Assembly (NCBI GenBank): GCA_946611195.1
Contig: CAMODB010000001.1
Location: forward strand, 33,122-97,121
Reading direction: 5' to 3'
Origin: an uncultured Bacillota bacterium
Lineage (GTDB): Bacteria > Bacillota_I > Bacilli_A > ML615J-28 > CAG-313
Length of the DNA stretch: 64,000 nucleotides
The notes beneath the pieces are model-generated. The model was given only the letters and a program-made list of their open reading frames with translations. It had not been told where the DNA came from and did not search any database. The first letter of the stretch is position 1. Each line of letters begins with the position of its first letter. This document shows, piece by piece, positions 1 through 12,313 of this stretch. Both the position numbers and the translations under genes were made by a program.

Positions 1-2846
1 ATTCTAATGAATCAAGTAAAGTATGGGAAGCTGTTAAAAATAATTACAAGCTTACCTATGTTCGTGAAAAATGGGCAAAAGAAGCTTATTGGAAACGTTA
101 TTTAGATAATCGTGAAGATGATTATCCATTCCCTCCAACTAATAAAGAAAGTTCAACTGATAGTATTGAAGCTTATTTCAAAGATAATTATAGTGGTAAA
201 ACTATTGGTTTCTTTGTTCCATTTACATCAGAAGCTAGCGCTTATGCTGCTATGGAAAAATATGGTGTAAATGTCAATAGTACTGTTTTAAGTACTTTTG
301 ATGGTTGGGTTAAAAACACTTATAATTACTATACTACTAAAGAACCAGCTAAAACTGATAAATTCAGTTTTGAAGAAGTATTAAATATCTTTATCAACAT
401 GTATAATGATAATTATGCTTATTTAAATGATGGTAATCCAGTTTTACCAAGTGATTGTTATGAAGAAGTTTTATTAAATAAACAAACTGCTTATAACGTT
501 GCGGAAGCAATTAAGAATGCTTTCTCTGAATCACATTATGGTATTTCTATTACTGTACCAACTACTGTTGAAGTAACAGGTCATGGTAATGCCGAAATTA
601 TTTGGACAGTATCTAATAGTACTTATGGTAAAGTAGAAAATAATGTTATCTCTGCTAATTTTGATGCCGTTGCTAGTGATGAAACTGAAATTAGTTTAAA
701 TCTATCTTTCAAAGTTCTCTTTGGTGATGAAGACAATGAAGAAAGTGTTACTAGCAGTCTTTCCATCGTTTTACAAGGTGAAAGAGATGAAAATGGTCAA
801 ATCAAAAATTCTGATACAGCAGTTACAAGTGTAAATGTTGCCTCAGTAGATCCATATTTCGGTCTTGTATTAAAAGATGAATATCTCGATGAAGATGCTG
901 AAACATTCCGTTTCATTTGGACTAAAGCTCAAGCTGAAGCTATTAATGCAACATTAGCTAATTATTTATCAGTTTCTTCAACTAATTTAGTTCTATCAGA
1001 AAACCCTGAAGAAATTTACAAAGCTTATACTGGTAAACCAGTAGCAATTGGTGATTATTATTATTTAATTATCAAATTAAAAGATGAAGCTCAACCTGAA
1101 TTATTTGCTAAAGACATCAATGGCGAAGTATCTGCTGATGCTAATGGTAAATATACAATTCTTGACCAAGCAACTTATGATGAAATCGTTGAAAAAAAGA
1201 AAGAAGCATTACTTACTGAAAATGCTGTAAATGAAATGATTCATACTAATCGTTATGAACATGGTTTAAAGATTTATGATGCTTATATCGAAGCTATTTA
1301 TGAATATCAATATAAGACATTCTATGAAACAACTTTATCATCAACAGATTATAATAAATATAAGACTACTAAGAAGAAACAAAAGACTTTACTTGCTGAA
1401 TTCAAAGTAGGTGATGATACTGTTAAATTCAATGTTCAAGATTTATTTGATCGTCTAGAAAAGAAATATGCCGCAACAGCCGTTGCAACATTCATTGAAA
1501 ACTATATCTTAGTTAATGATGAAAAATACAATAAAGTATATAATCCATATACTAATAAAGTATTAGATCAAGATGCTTATAAGAATTTATTAACAAGTGA
1601 ATTATCAACTTTAAAACAAAACTTCGAAGCTGATTACTTTACTTATTCATATCTATCTTATTATGGCTTTACTCCAAACTTCTCTCATAAATATGGTTGG
1701 CAAAAATTCATTAAAGATTACTTCAATGCTTATAGTGATCAAGAATTATTAGCTACTTCTTTCTATGGTGGATCTATTTATACTGATGCTTTACATGAAT
1801 ATACTTTAGATCAATATACTTTAGCTGATGTTAGAGCAAAGATGGAAGAAGCCTATAATAAATGGTTTGGTTTATCTGTAATTAATTTAATTGTTTCTAT
1901 TGATACAAATTATAATGCTGATTCATCTTCATCTTCTTCTGCTGATATTGCTATGGAAGAAAAAGATAATTGGACTGATGAACAAAAAGAATTAGCTAAA
2001 GAACTTGCAAGCTTAATGTTTGAAGTTGCTAAAGAAACAAATGGTGCTACTTTATCTGACCAAATGAATGCCTTAGTTACTTTATATAAAGATGCTCCAT
2101 ATTATTATGATGAAGCTGAATGGAATACAGCAAGATCTTCTAAGACATCTATTTACGATTACAATTACTTTGGTAAATATAAATTAGCTGGCTTAAATGT
2201 TAAATTTGAAACTGCAAATTCTTATGATTCATCTTCTTCAATCGTTGAAGAATTTAAAGATGCTTGTAGTGCTCTATGGGCAAAAGCTAATGATTTAAAT
2301 TTAGTTGGTACTACATTTGATCAACCATTATTCTGTGATGAACCATTCTTTACTGATTATGGTCTACATTATATTGCAGCACTTTCTGCAAATGAAAGAT
2401 TAGATTTACCAACTGATGATGAAGTTAAATTATATCGTGCTCATAAAGCTTTAGATGATGCAAAGAAAGCCGTAGAAACTGCGCAAACTAACATTGATAC
2501 TTATAGTAAGAATGGTTATAATACTTCTTCTTATCAAGCAACTAAAGCATTAAATGAAAAGAAAGTTGCAAGATATCAAGCAGAATGGGATGCATTACTT
2601 AAAGAATTAAATCTAAAGAGTGATTATACAATTCCAACTGATGTTCAAACTAAGATTGACAAGTGGTATACTAGTGCCCAAACTGATATTGAAGGTGGCA
2701 CATTAGTAACTAGATCATACATTGCTAAGATGCAATCAATTCTATCAAATATTAATTTTGATAGTAATGGTAAGACTAATAAGACTAATTTTGAAGAATT
2801 CTTAGGTCTATTAATCGAAGCATGTGATGATTCAGATGCTGAATAG
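1..2846 (+). CDS. 5'-truncated large secreted/surface protein (at least 947 aa visible); paralog of the next gene; contains a SurA_N/PrsA-N-like chaperone-type segment
   Basis: Frame 3 is open from nt 3 to the stop at 2844-2846, with no stop upstream of the listed ATG at 252, so the gene begins before the window. It shares motifs with the downstream ORF (KYGWQKFIKDYF vs SYGWENFMRDYLG; KVGDDTVKFNVQDLFDRL vs KVGDLTVTKENVYNRL). It has Ser-homopolymer linkers (SSSSSS) and a Tyr/Asp/Asn-rich composition. Confidence 0.55.
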   Translation, partial: SNESSKVWEAVKNNYKLTYVREKWAKEAYWKRYLDNREDDYPFPPTNKESSTDSIEAYFKDNYSGKTIGFFVPFTSEASAYAAMEKYGVNVNSTVLSTFDGWVKNTYNYYTTKEPAKTDKFSFEEVLNIFINMYNDNYAYLNDGNPVLPSDCYEEVLLNKQTAYNVAEAIKNAFSESHYGISITVPTTVEVTGHGNAEIIWTVSNSTYGKVENNVISANFDAVASDETEISLNLSFKVLFGDEDNEESVTSSLSIVLQGERDENGQIKNSDTAVTSVNVASVDPYFGLVLKDEYLDEDAETFRFIWTKAQAEAINATLANYLSVSSTNLVLSENPEEIYKAYTGKPVAIGDYYYLIIKLKDEAQPELFAKDINGEVSADANGKYTILDQATYDEIVEKKKEALLTENAVNEMIHTNRYEHGLKIYDAYIEAIYEYQYKTFYETTLSSTDYNKYKTTKKKQKTLLAEFKVGDDTVKFNVQDLFDRLEKKYAATAVATFIENYILVNDEKYNKVYNPYTNKVLDQDAYKNLLTSELSTLKQNFEADYFTYSYLSYYGFTPNFSHKYGWQKFIKDYFNAYSDQELLATSFYGGSIYTDALHEYTLDQYTLADVRAKMEEAYNKWFGLSVINLIVSIDTNYNADSSSSSSADIAMEEKDNWTDEQKELAKELASLMFEVAKETNGATLSDQMNALVTLYKDAPYYYDEAEWNTARSSKTSIYDYNYFGKYKLAGLNVKFETANSYDSSSSIVEEFKDACSALWAKANDLNLVGTTFDQPLFCDEPFFTDYGLHYIAALSANERLDLPTDDEVKLYRAHKALDDAKKAVETAQTNIDTYSKNGYNTSSYQATKALNEKKVARYQAEWDALLKELNLKSDYTIPTDVQTKIDKWYTSAQTDIEGGTLVTRSYIAKMQSILSNINFDSNGKTNKTNFEEFLGLLIEACDDSDAE

Positions 2847-2859
2847 GAGGAATAAGAAA

Positions 2860-5679
2860 ATGAAATTATTTAAAAGAATTTTACCTTTATTCTTATTAAT
2901 TCTTCTTTTTACAACTGTCGCAAGCTGTAAGAAGGATAATAAAACAAATTATTCTTATCCAAGTGAAGTTCCAACTTATACTAGTAAAGATACATTCCTT
3001 AAAGTAGGTGATTTAACAGTAACTAAAGAAAATGTTTATAATCGTCTTCTTAATAGTTATGGTGTTGAAACTCTTGAATTCTTACTTGATGATTATCTAT
3101 TAAAAGCTGAATTAACTAGTGAAGAACAAGCTGAATTCGAAAAATCTTTAAATAAACGTATCTATGGTGATAACTATAATGATATGAGTGATGAAGAAAA
3201 GGAAGAAGCTTTAGCAAAATTTGAAGAAAATTGTTTATCAACTGGTTTAAAAGTACTTGATTCTGAAAAGAATAATAAATTACATTATGAAAATTATTAT
3301 AAATTAGAATTCAAACGTGAATTAGCTACTGTTAAAGCTCTTAAGAAAGAAGCTGAAGATCAAAATGCGAAAGCTAAAGAAGATTCAAGTGTTGAAGCAA
3401 AATATGCTGAAAGTGATTATTTAACATTCTTTAATGGTAAGATTCACCCATTATATACAATGCAATTAGTTGTTTTCTCATCTTATGCAGAAGCTCTTGC
3501 TGCTCTTGAAAATGCTGGTGTTAATGATCTTAATGGTGAATGGAAAGATAGTAGTGATCATGTTTATACTAAAGATGAATTAGCAGCTATCTTTGATAAT
3601 CTTGCTACAGCTGCTTATGGTGAAGTAAAAGCTGATAAAGTTTATAAATATGCTGAACTTGCTAAATTATCCGCAACAGGTTCTACTGATACAACTATTG
3701 CTAACAAAGTAAGTAAACTTAATACAAGTGAACTTTCTACTAGTTATACTCATGCTCCTATTTCCTTTAGTGGAAAATGGTTCTTAGCTTTTGTTAAATC
3801 AACATCTGATGATTATTATTATGATAATGATGAAACTGTTAAATTTAATAAAGAAGTTATTAAAGAATATAACGCTGATGGAACTATCTCCAAACTTGAT
3901 GAAACTATTTATCCAACATTACTTGAATTATTAGTTAAAGAAGATATAAATGCTTCTAATACAGCTTATAAAAATAATACGGAAAAAGTTTTATTAAAAT
4001 TAAGACAAGATGCTGGTCTAGAAATCTTTAGTGAAGGTTTAGAAGTAGCATATAAAGCTAATTATGAAAATGTTTATTCATCACTTGGTATTACTGATTA
4101 TGATGCATTCAAAGCAACAACTAATACTTCTTCTACTGTTGTCGCAAAAATCAATGGTTTAGAAATTAATTTAGATGCTATGTATCAAGCTTTAACTGAT
4201 CGTTATGGTGTCTTATTATCACTATTATTTGTACAACAATATGCAGTTCTTGGAAGTGAATATAATAAAGTAATTAATTATTCAACTCTTGAAGTTCTTG
4301 ATCAAACTAAATATGCTGAATATGTAGCTACTGATTATACAGCTTATAAAGAAGCATTTGAAACTGGTAGTTATGAAGCTAATGGTTATCCTGCAAGCTA
4401 TGGTTGGGAAAACTTCATGCGTGATTATTTAGGTGTAACAAGTGAAAAAGAAATCGTTGTTGATTTCAGCAGTGACTTATATAATGATGTCTTAGATTTA
4501 TATACTAAAGCTCTTTATATGGCTGAATTAAGTGATGTAGAATTATATTTACCTGATGGTGGTGATGCATACTTCTTAAAATCAGCTAAATGGACTAAAG
4601 AATATAATGTTTTAGATAAAGCCTTAGTTAAAGAAGGTACTACTCCTACTTTAAGTCTTGCATATGAAGAAAAAGATATCGAAGGTGTAGCTAAGAAACA
4701 TGATACTGCTGGTAACGAAGTTGATTACAAAAAAGAAGAATATTATGGTCATTTCGTAATCACTTATACAAATCCAGAAGGTAATGAAGTTAAAGCTTTA
4801 ACTAATATTACAGTTGACCAAAGAGTAATGGAAACTTATGATGAAATCTATAATGCTTCCTTTACCGCAACTGTTTCTGGTTTCTATGCTTATTATGATG
4901 TCGATTTAGATGGTAAAGCTGATGATATCGAAGGTGAAGAAAATTTAGAAAAGAGAAATCTTGCTAAAGCCTTAACTGATGATATTTGGTATTATGCTTA
5001 TTCTTTATATCAAGATGATGTAGTAAATAAACAATATCCTCGTAAGACAGTTCTTGAATATATTCAAGCTGCTTTAAGAACATATTCTACTTCTACTGAT
5101 GCAATATGGACTAATTACAAAAAAGCTGGTTTAGTTCTTGCTACAGTATCAAGTGTATCTTACACAAGAACAACATCACAATCAGAAGAATTACTTGATG
5201 ATGTTAAAACTATGTGGGAAGAATTAAGAACTCTATCTTCTTCAGTAATGGGACAAACAATTGATCCAATTTATCGTTGGATTGAAAATGATGAAGTTAA
5301 GAATGTTAAAGCAATGGATATTGCAAATACTCATGAAGCTATTTTAAGTAATAATGCTTATTATCGTTTAGTAATTACTAAACCAACATCAATTACAGCT
5401 TATACTTATACTTCATCTACTCAAGAACAAAAACCTAATTATTATCTCTATACTCAATATCTATTATCTACAGATAAGAGAGAAACAACAATTTATTGTT
5501 CAAGTCAATTTACGAACTACTATAATCCTGCTATTTCTCAATTATCATCATCAGATATTGTTAATAAGAAAATAATGACTGATGCGAAAGAACTCCTTTC
5601 TAAAGTTGAATTCAGTTCAAATAATGATGCTAATAAAGATGTATTAACTAAATTAATTAATGCTTCTCTAGCAAAATAA
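2860..5679 (+). CDS. large lipoprotein (939 aa) with two SurA_N/PrsA-N-like segments; paralog of upstream gene
   Basis: AGGAGG at 2845-2850 sits 9 nt before ATG 2860. The N-terminus MKLFKRILPLFLLILLFTTVASCKK is a signal peptide with lipobox VASC. Two segments resemble the chaperone N-domain of PrsA/SurA (LKVGDLTVTKENVYNRLLNSYGVETLEFLLDDYLL and VVAKINGLEINLDAMYQALTDRYGVLLSLLFVQQY). The listed ORF start 2824 overlaps the upstream stop and is less likely. Confidence 0.6.
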   Translation: MKLFKRILPLFLLILLFTTVASCKKDNKTNYSYPSEVPTYTSKDTFLKVGDLTVTKENVYNRLLNSYGVETLEFLLDDYLLKAELTSEEQAEFEKSLNKRIYGDNYNDMSDEEKEEALAKFEENCLSTGLKVLDSEKNNKLHYENYYKLEFKRELATVKALKKEAEDQNAKAKEDSSVEAKYAESDYLTFFNGKIHPLYTMQLVVFSSYAEALAALENAGVNDLNGEWKDSSDHVYTKDELAAIFDNLATAAYGEVKADKVYKYAELAKLSATGSTDTTIANKVSKLNTSELSTSYTHAPISFSGKWFLAFVKSTSDDYYYDNDETVKFNKEVIKEYNADGTISKLDETIYPTLLELLVKEDINASNTAYKNNTEKVLLKLRQDAGLEIFSEGLEVAYKANYENVYSSLGITDYDAFKATTNTSSTVVAKINGLEINLDAMYQALTDRYGVLLSLLFVQQYAVLGSEYNKVINYSTLEVLDQTKYAEYVATDYTAYKEAFETGSYEANGYPASYGWENFMRDYLGVTSEKEIVVDFSSDLYNDVLDLYTKALYMAELSDVELYLPDGGDAYFLKSAKWTKEYNVLDKALVKEGTTPTLSLAYEEKDIEGVAKKHDTAGNEVDYKKEEYYGHFVITYTNPEGNEVKALTNITVDQRVMETYDEIYNASFTATVSGFYAYYDVDLDGKADDIEGEENLEKRNLAKALTDDIWYYAYSLYQDDVVNKQYPRKTVLEYIQAALRTYSTSTDAIWTNYKKAGLVLATVSSVSYTRTTSQSEELLDDVKTMWEELRTLSSSVMGQTIDPIYRWIENDEVKNVKAMDIANTHEAILSNNAYYRLVITKPTSITAYTYTSSTQEQKPNYYLYTQYLLSTDKRETTIYCSSQFTNYYNPAISQLSSSDIVNKKIMTDAKELLSKVEFSSNNDANKDVLTKLINASLAK

Positions 5680-5695
5680 ATTCAATAACAAAATA

Positions 5696-5732
5696 AGAGA
5701 TGAAAATTTATTTCCATCTCTTTCTTTTTTAT
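5696..5732 (+). terminator. rho-independent terminator after the lipoprotein pair
   Basis: Stem AGAGATG (5696-5702) pairs with CATCTCT (5715-5721) around a 12-nt loop, followed by TTTCTTTTTTATTTTT. Confidence 0.6.
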
Positions 5733-5917
5733 TTTTCATAAGTTATTTTATAATTTAGAAAAGCATCTAGGGCTTCATTAGTTCTTATATAATGACGATT
5801 ATTATTTAATATATCTTTAATATATTCTTCTTTATTTTCTTTTCTTTCATTCATATGAATGAATAAATCATCTTTAGACAATGCTTGATCTAATTTATTA
5901 TAATTTTTTTCTATCAT
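5729..5917 (-). CDS. hypothetical small protein (62 aa), doubtful
   Basis: ORF only. No recognizable SD upstream and no recognizable motif. It lies directly downstream of the flavodoxin gene on the same strand. Confidence 0.2.
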   Translation of the reverse strand: MIEKNYNKLDQALSKDDLFIHMNERKENKEEYIKDILNNNRHYIRTNEALDAFLNYKITYEK

Positions 5918-5956
5918 ACATTTAACAACGTCTTAAAGGTCATTAGGCACTCATTT

Positions 5957-6463
5957 TTAGTCATTTAGCCACTTTTCAAGTTCTTTATCACAATTATTAA
6001 CTGTCGAACCATTTATAGCTAAACCATCTTTAATAATTGCACCTACACAGATTCTTTTTAAGTCTTTAACAACTGTTCCTAGTCCACTACCTTCATGAGT
6101 TGTAAAAGGTTTAATAATCTTATTATTAAAATCTAATTGTTTAATTTGGGTAAATAAAGGTTGTGGATAAGTACCCCAATAAATAGGACCACCAATATAG
6201 ATAATATCATATTCAGATATTGAAGATAAACATTCTTTAATTGCAATTGCTTCTTTTAAGTGTAGTTCTTCTTTAGCTTCTTCAATACATTTCATATAAT
6301 TTTTTGCGTATGGGATTTTTCTTTCAACTTTAAATAAAGTTGCACCTCTTAATTTTTGGATTTTTTCCGCAACAATTTCGGTATTACCTTTATTAATATT
6401 TCTAATTGAACCACCAAAATAATTTTCATCGGCTCTTGAAAAATAAATAACTAATTCTTTCAT
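5957..6463 (-). CDS. flavodoxin-family protein
   Basis: MKELVIYFSRADENYFGG N-terminus and the GGPIYWG motif are typical of short/long-chain flavodoxin-fold proteins. A GGAGG RBS (RC of 6471-6475) sits 7 nt upstream of the ATG. Confidence 0.6.
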   Translation of the reverse strand: MKELVIYFSRADENYFGGSIRNINKGNTEIVAEKIQKLRGATLFKVERKIPYAKNYMKCIEEAKEELHLKEAIAIKECLSSISEYDIIYIGGPIYWGTYPQPLFTQIKQLDFNNKIIKPFTTHEGSGLGTVVKDLKRICVGAIIKDGLAINGSTVNNCDKELEKWLND

Positions 6464-6639
6464 TTTATTCCTCCATATAATTATGTAAATAATTGATTAT
6501 GATGTCTTTAGGATTAATTTTACCATTTGTAAAACACCAAAGATTTAAAGCGCCATAATAAAGACTGACAATTTCTTGTCCTTTATTATTTCCATATAAT
6601 GATACTAAATAATTGGTATCATAACTTAATTTACTTAAA

Positions 6640-6672
6640 ATAAATCCCCTATTATTTAATAGGGGATTTTAT
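6640..6672 (-). terminator. atp operon terminator (hairpin usable in both directions)
   Basis: ATCCCCT (6644-6650) and AGGGGAT (6661-6667) form a perfect 7-bp GC-containing stem with a 10-nt loop, with U-rich flanks on both strands. It lies immediately after the atpC stop (6674-6676). Confidence 0.65.
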
Positions 6673-6673
6673 A

Positions 6674-7078
6674 TTATAAACTTAAGCGGGATAAAGCTCT
6701 TTTTAAAGATAATTCGGCTCTTTTAAGATCAATATTGGGATCATGCGAATTAATTCTTTCTTCAGCTCTTTGTTTACTTCTTTCGGCTCTTTCCCTATCG
6801 ATTTCATCTTTAGTTTCAAAGCTTTCTGCTAAGACTATCACTTCTTCTTTGGTGACATTTAATATACCACCACCGATTGATAAATCAATACTTTCTATTT
6901 TTCCTTCAATATTTTTTTTATAATTGAGATGGGAAATTTCAATAATAGATGTTAGTGGTAGATGATTAGCTAAGATACCTAAAGCTCCTGCTGATGTAAT
7001 TACATTTAATATATATGCTTCATCAGTTATCTTTTTACCATCGGGAGTAACAATCGTTAATTTGAAATTGGTTGCCAT
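6674..7078 (-). CDS. atpC: F1 ATP synthase epsilon subunit
   Basis: MATNFKLTIVTPDGKK is an epsilon-type N-terminus. The gene is last in the atp operon, directly after atpD. Confidence 0.9.
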   Translation of the reverse strand: MATNFKLTIVTPDGKKITDEAYILNVITSAGALGILANHLPLTSIIEISHLNYKKNIEGKIESIDLSIGGGILNVTKEEVIVLAESFETKDEIDRERAERSKQRAEERINSHDPNIDLKRAELSLKRALSRLSL

Positions 7079-8497
<1,419 letters not shown>

Positions 8498-9343
8498 CTA
8501 GGAATTGCTAGCGCCAGCTACAACTTCCGTAATTTCTTGGGTTATAGCTCCTTGTCTAGCCTTATTATATTCGATTCGTAATTTTTCTAATAATTCTTCC
8601 GCATTATCGGTTGCGCTATCCATAGCATTACGACGAGCGGCTTGTTCACATACACTAGCTTCAATTAAACGTCCATAAAGGAAAGTATTTAAATATTTAG
8701 GAATAATTAAGGCTAATACTTCTTCTTTACTTGGTTCAAATAAAACTTCTTGTTTAATATCATTAGTTTCTTTTTGTCCACTTAAAGGTAATAATTGATA
8801 TTCTCTTGGGACAAAAGTTAAAGAATTAACATATTCAGTAGAAATTAAATAGACTTTATTATATTTTCCACTAGCATATTCATTTCTTAAATCATAAACT
8901 AAATTTTGCACTTTTTGATAATCTAATTTATCTAAAAGTGTAACATATTCATCATTTAATTCGACATCTTCACGGCTATATTTAACAAAACCTTTCGTCC
9001 CAACGACTAAGACTTTATCATTCTTTTTGATAAGCGAATTAAGAAATTTAAATAAATTGTAATTATATCCTCCACATAAACCTAAAGAGGATGTTACAAC
9101 AACATAAAGATTAGAAGTAGCCTCATTATATTCTTTTAATTCTAAGATATCGGTTGGTCCTTCTTTATCACTACAGGAAGAAATAATATTATTCATTACA
9201 TTTAAATAAGAAACAATATTTTCCATTCGATCTTTCCATTTTTTAAGTTTTACTGTTGCGACAAGCTCCATCGCTTTAGTTATCTTTCTCGTGGAAGAAA
9301 TAGATTTAATTCTTCTTTTAGTATTAGTGAGACCTTGACTCAT
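8498..9343 (-). CDS. atpG: F1 ATP synthase gamma subunit
   Basis: 281 aa between atpA and atpD. The C-terminal ARQGAITQEITEVVAGA is the conserved gamma C-terminus. Confidence 0.9.
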   Translation of the reverse strand: MSQGLTNTKRRIKSISSTRKITKAMELVATVKLKKWKDRMENIVSYLNVMNNIISSCSDKEGPTDILELKEYNEATSNLYVVVTSSLGLCGGYNYNLFKFLNSLIKKNDKVLVVGTKGFVKYSREDVELNDEYVTLLDKLDYQKVQNLVYDLRNEYASGKYNKVYLISTEYVNSLTFVPREYQLLPLSGQKETNDIKQEVLFEPSKEEVLALIIPKYLNTFLYGRLIEASVCEQAARRNAMDSATDNAEELLEKLRIEYNKARQGAITQEITEVVAGASNS

Positions 9344-9367
9344 AGGCTAGCCTCCTTTCTTTAATAT

Positions 9368-10876
9368 TTATTGACAATAAGCTTCTTTATATTTATAAAT
9401 AGCTTCTTTTAATTGTTCTTCATTTTCTTTACTTAATACTTTAGTTTCTTTAATTTCATCTAAAGTAGCTTGATAATCTTTTTTAAGACTAATCATTAAG
9501 CCGTCAAGGAATGGTTTAATATCTTCAATCTTTAAATCATCCATTACTCGACTTTGAGCAGTAAAGATTTCTATTGTTTGTTCAACAAAGGTTTTAGGTT
9601 GATATTGATTTTGTTTTAATACTTCCATTAAGACATTACCATGAATTAAGATCTTCTTGGTTGCGTCATCAAGATCACTACCAAATTGTGCAAAAGCTTG
9701 TAATTCATGATAATTTGCAAGTTCGATCTTTAAGGATTTTGCAACACTCTTTACACATTTATATTGAGCAGCACTACCAACTCTACTTACTGATAAACCA
9801 GAATCAATGGCTGGTCTTTGTCCTGAATTAAATAATTCAGTTTGTAAGAAGATTTGTCCATCAGTAATCGAAATTACATTAGTTGGAATATAAGCAGTAA
9901 TATCACCAGCCTGTGTTTCAATGATAGGTAAGGCAGTAATTGAACCACCACCATATTCTTTTGATAAACGACAAGCTCTCTCTAAAAGTCTTGAATGTAG
10001 ATAGAAAACATCACCAGGATAAGCTTCACGTCCAGGAGAACGTTTAAGTAGAAGTGATAAGGTACGATAAGCAACCGCATGTTTACTTAAATCATCATAG
10101 ATAATAAGCACATCTTTACCTTGTTCCATCCATTCTTCAGCCATTGTTACCCCCGCATAAGGAGCAATATATTGTAATGGTGCAAGTTCACTAGCTGTAG
10201 CTGATACGACTGTCGTATAGCTCATAGCATCATGTTCTTTTAATTTTTCCACTAATTGAACTACGGTAGAATTCTTTTGACCGATTGCTACATAAACGCA
10301 AAGAACACCTTTATCTTTTTGATTAATAATTGTGTCTATCGCAATCGCTGTTTTACCTGTTTGACGGTCACCAATGATTAATTCTCTTTGACCACGACCA
10401 ATTGGAATCATCGCATCTATAGCTTTAATACCAGTTTCTAGTGGTACATCAACGGATTTTCTAGTCATTACTCCAGGAGCTATTCTTTCAATTGGACGTG
10501 ACTTTGTTGTTTTAATTTCTCCTAAGCCATCAATTGGTTGACCTAAAGCATTAACAACACGACCAAGTAATGCATCACCAACGGGAACTTCTACTACTTT
10601 ATGGGTTCTTTGAACTAAATCGCCTTCTTCAATTAAAGTATCATTACCGAAAAGAATTGCACCAACGCTATCTTCATTTAAGTTCATCGCCATACCATAT
10701 ACGCCATGAGGGAATAATAATAATTCTGATAACATTACTTTATCCAAGCCATAAACAGACGCAATACCATCACCAACAGTAACAACACTACCGACGTCAT
10801 TAGATTCTACTTTATGGGCATAATTCTTAATTTGCTCTTTAATTAAACTAGCAATTTCATTTGATTTGATAGCCAT
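9368..10876 (-). CDS. atpA: F1 ATP synthase alpha subunit
   Basis: [18 protein letters not shown] Walker A; 502 aa. Confidence 0.97.
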   Translation of the reverse strand: MAIKSNEIASLIKEQIKNYAHKVESNDVGSVVTVGDGIASVYGLDKVMLSELLLFPHGVYGMAMNLNEDSVGAILFGNDTLIEEGDLVQRTHKVVEVPVGDALLGRVVNALGQPIDGLGEIKTTKSRPIERIAPGVMTRKSVDVPLETGIKAIDAMIPIGRGQRELIIGDRQTGKTAIAIDTIINQKDKGVLCVYVAIGQKNSTVVQLVEKLKEHDAMSYTTVVSATASELAPLQYIAPYAGVTMAEEWMEQGKDVLIIYDDLSKHAVAYRTLSLLLKRSPGREAYPGDVFYLHSRLLERACRLSKEYGGGSITALPIIETQAGDITAYIPTNVISITDGQIFLQTELFNSGQRPAIDSGLSVSRVGSAAQYKCVKSVAKSLKIELANYHELQAFAQFGSDLDDATKKILIHGNVLMEVLKQNQYQPKTFVEQTIEIFTAQSRVMDDLKIEDIKPFLDGLMISLKKDYQATLDEIKETKVLSKENEEQLKEAIYKYKEAYCQ

Positions 10877-10878
10877 TT

Positions 10879-11412
10879 TTAAGCACCACCCTTTACTAAA
10901 GATTCCTTTAATTTTTCTACTTTGTTCTTAATGGAACCATCAAAGATTTTATCTTCGACTATTACTTTTACTCCACCAATAAGTTTTTTATCAATTACAT
11001 TCTCTAGTTCTACTTTTGATTGTAATCTTTTTTCAATACCTGATTCAATTTTTTGAATTTCTTCTTCACTAAGTAATCTTGTTGAATAAACAATACCATC
11101 TTTGATTTGTAATCTTTCATTACAAATTTTAATAAATTCATTAAAGATTTTAATGATTTGGTTACTACGAGAATTTCTTACAATGACTTTAATAAAATTC
11201 TTTATATAATCATCATAAATAACTATTTTATCGATAATTTGTTCTTTCTCATTAAATTCAATAAATGCTGAATTGAGAATTTTAATTATTTCTTCATTTT
11301 CTAAGAAAGCTTTTCTTAATTCTTTTACATTTTGTCGATATTCAGCAATTGCACCTTTTTCGCTTGCTAGAGAAAGGAGAGCATTAGCATAACGATTAGC
11401 TAAAGAATCCAT
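10879..11412 (-). CDS. atpH: ATP synthase delta (OSCP) subunit
   Basis: 177 aa between atpF and atpA. The N-terminus [16 protein letters not shown] is the OSCP signature. Confidence 0.85.
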   Translation of the reverse strand: MDSLANRYANALLSLASEKGAIAEYRQNVKELRKAFLENEEIIKILNSAFIEFNEKEQIIDKIVIYDDYIKNFIKVIVRNSRSNQIIKIFNEFIKICNERLQIKDGIVYSTRLLSEEEIQKIESGIEKRLQSKVELENVIDKKLIGGVKVIVEDKIFDGSIKNKVEKLKESLVKGGA

Positions 11413-11981
11413 TATTTATTCTCCACTTTTTCTTCAATTAAATCATCAACAAAATCATCAAGAAGATGTTTATCATCAGTTTCTGTTACTTCTCTATTTA
11501 AAATATTTTTCGTTGCTTCCATCGCAATATCCACAACATCATCATGCATTTCTTTTAAAGCTTTATTCTTTTCAAGTTCAAGATCTTCTTGAGCTTGCAT
11601 TCTCTTCGCCGCAATATCTTGATTAGTTTCTTCTAGAATCGCACTGCGTTCTTTTTCGGCTTCAATTTTTGCATTTTGAATAATTTGGACTGCTTCTACT
11701 TGACTAGAACGTAAATTAGATTTGCTTTCTTCTAAATTACGGCTAGCTTCTTCATTCTTCTCTCCTGCTTCTTTTAAATTAGATTCAATGTATTCTTTTC
11801 TTTTTTGTAAGAATTTTGCAATTGGTTTATATGCAAATTTAATAACAATTAGAATCATGATTATAAAAGCAATTAATTGAACAAGAAAAGCCCAAAAATT
11901 AGGAATGACTTTACTGATGAAATCTTCCTGTTTAGGTTGTTGTAATTCATTTGTAAGTAAAATTATCGATAATATTTTCAT
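11412..11981 (-). CDS. atpF: Fo ATP synthase subunit b
   Basis: An N-terminal TM helix is followed by a long charged coiled coil. The likely start is the ATG at 11981 (MKILSII...), with GAGGAT lying 7 nt upstream on the minus strand. The listed ORF start 11996 is a TTG. Confidence 0.85.
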   Translation of the reverse strand: MKILSIILLTNELQQPKQEDFISKVIPNFWAFLVQLIAFIIMILIVIKFAYKPIAKFLQKRKEYIESNLKEAGEKNEEASRNLEESKSNLRSSQVEAVQIIQNAKIEAEKERSAILEETNQDIAAKRMQAQEDLELEKNKALKEMHDDVVDIAMEATKNILNREVTETDDKHLLDDFVDDLIEEKVENK

Positions 11982-12008
11982 AATTACCATCCTCAAAGAT
12001 AAATAAAA

Positions 12009-12263
12009 TTATAAGAACAAAATTAAAATAGCGATTAATAAACCATAAATACCAGTTGTTTCAGCTAAGGCAGCACCAAGAATCATATTAGTTCTAAGTT
12101 TACCAGCCATTTCTGGATTACGTGCCATACCTTCTAAAGCTTTACCAATTAGATAACCTTCACCAATACCAGAACCAGCACCAGTTAATACCGCAATACC
12201 AGCACCGATAGCAGCTGTACCTTCAATAGCTAAGAAAGTGATAAGTGCATGTAAAAAGCTCAT
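12009..12263 (-). CDS. atpE: Fo ATP synthase subunit c
   Basis: 84-aa two-helix proteolipid with a GAGIAVLTGAGSGIGEG glycine zipper and a conserved carboxylate helix 2 (ALAETTGIYGLL). Confidence 0.92.
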   Translation of the reverse strand: MSFLHALITFLAIEGTAAIGAGIAVLTGAGSGIGEGYLIGKALEGMARNPEMAGKLRTNMILGAALAETTGIYGLLIAILILFL

Positions 12264-12313
12264 ATGTCCTCCTTTCTAATTAATTAAATTAAATAATATC
12301 TTAAAATTTAAAA

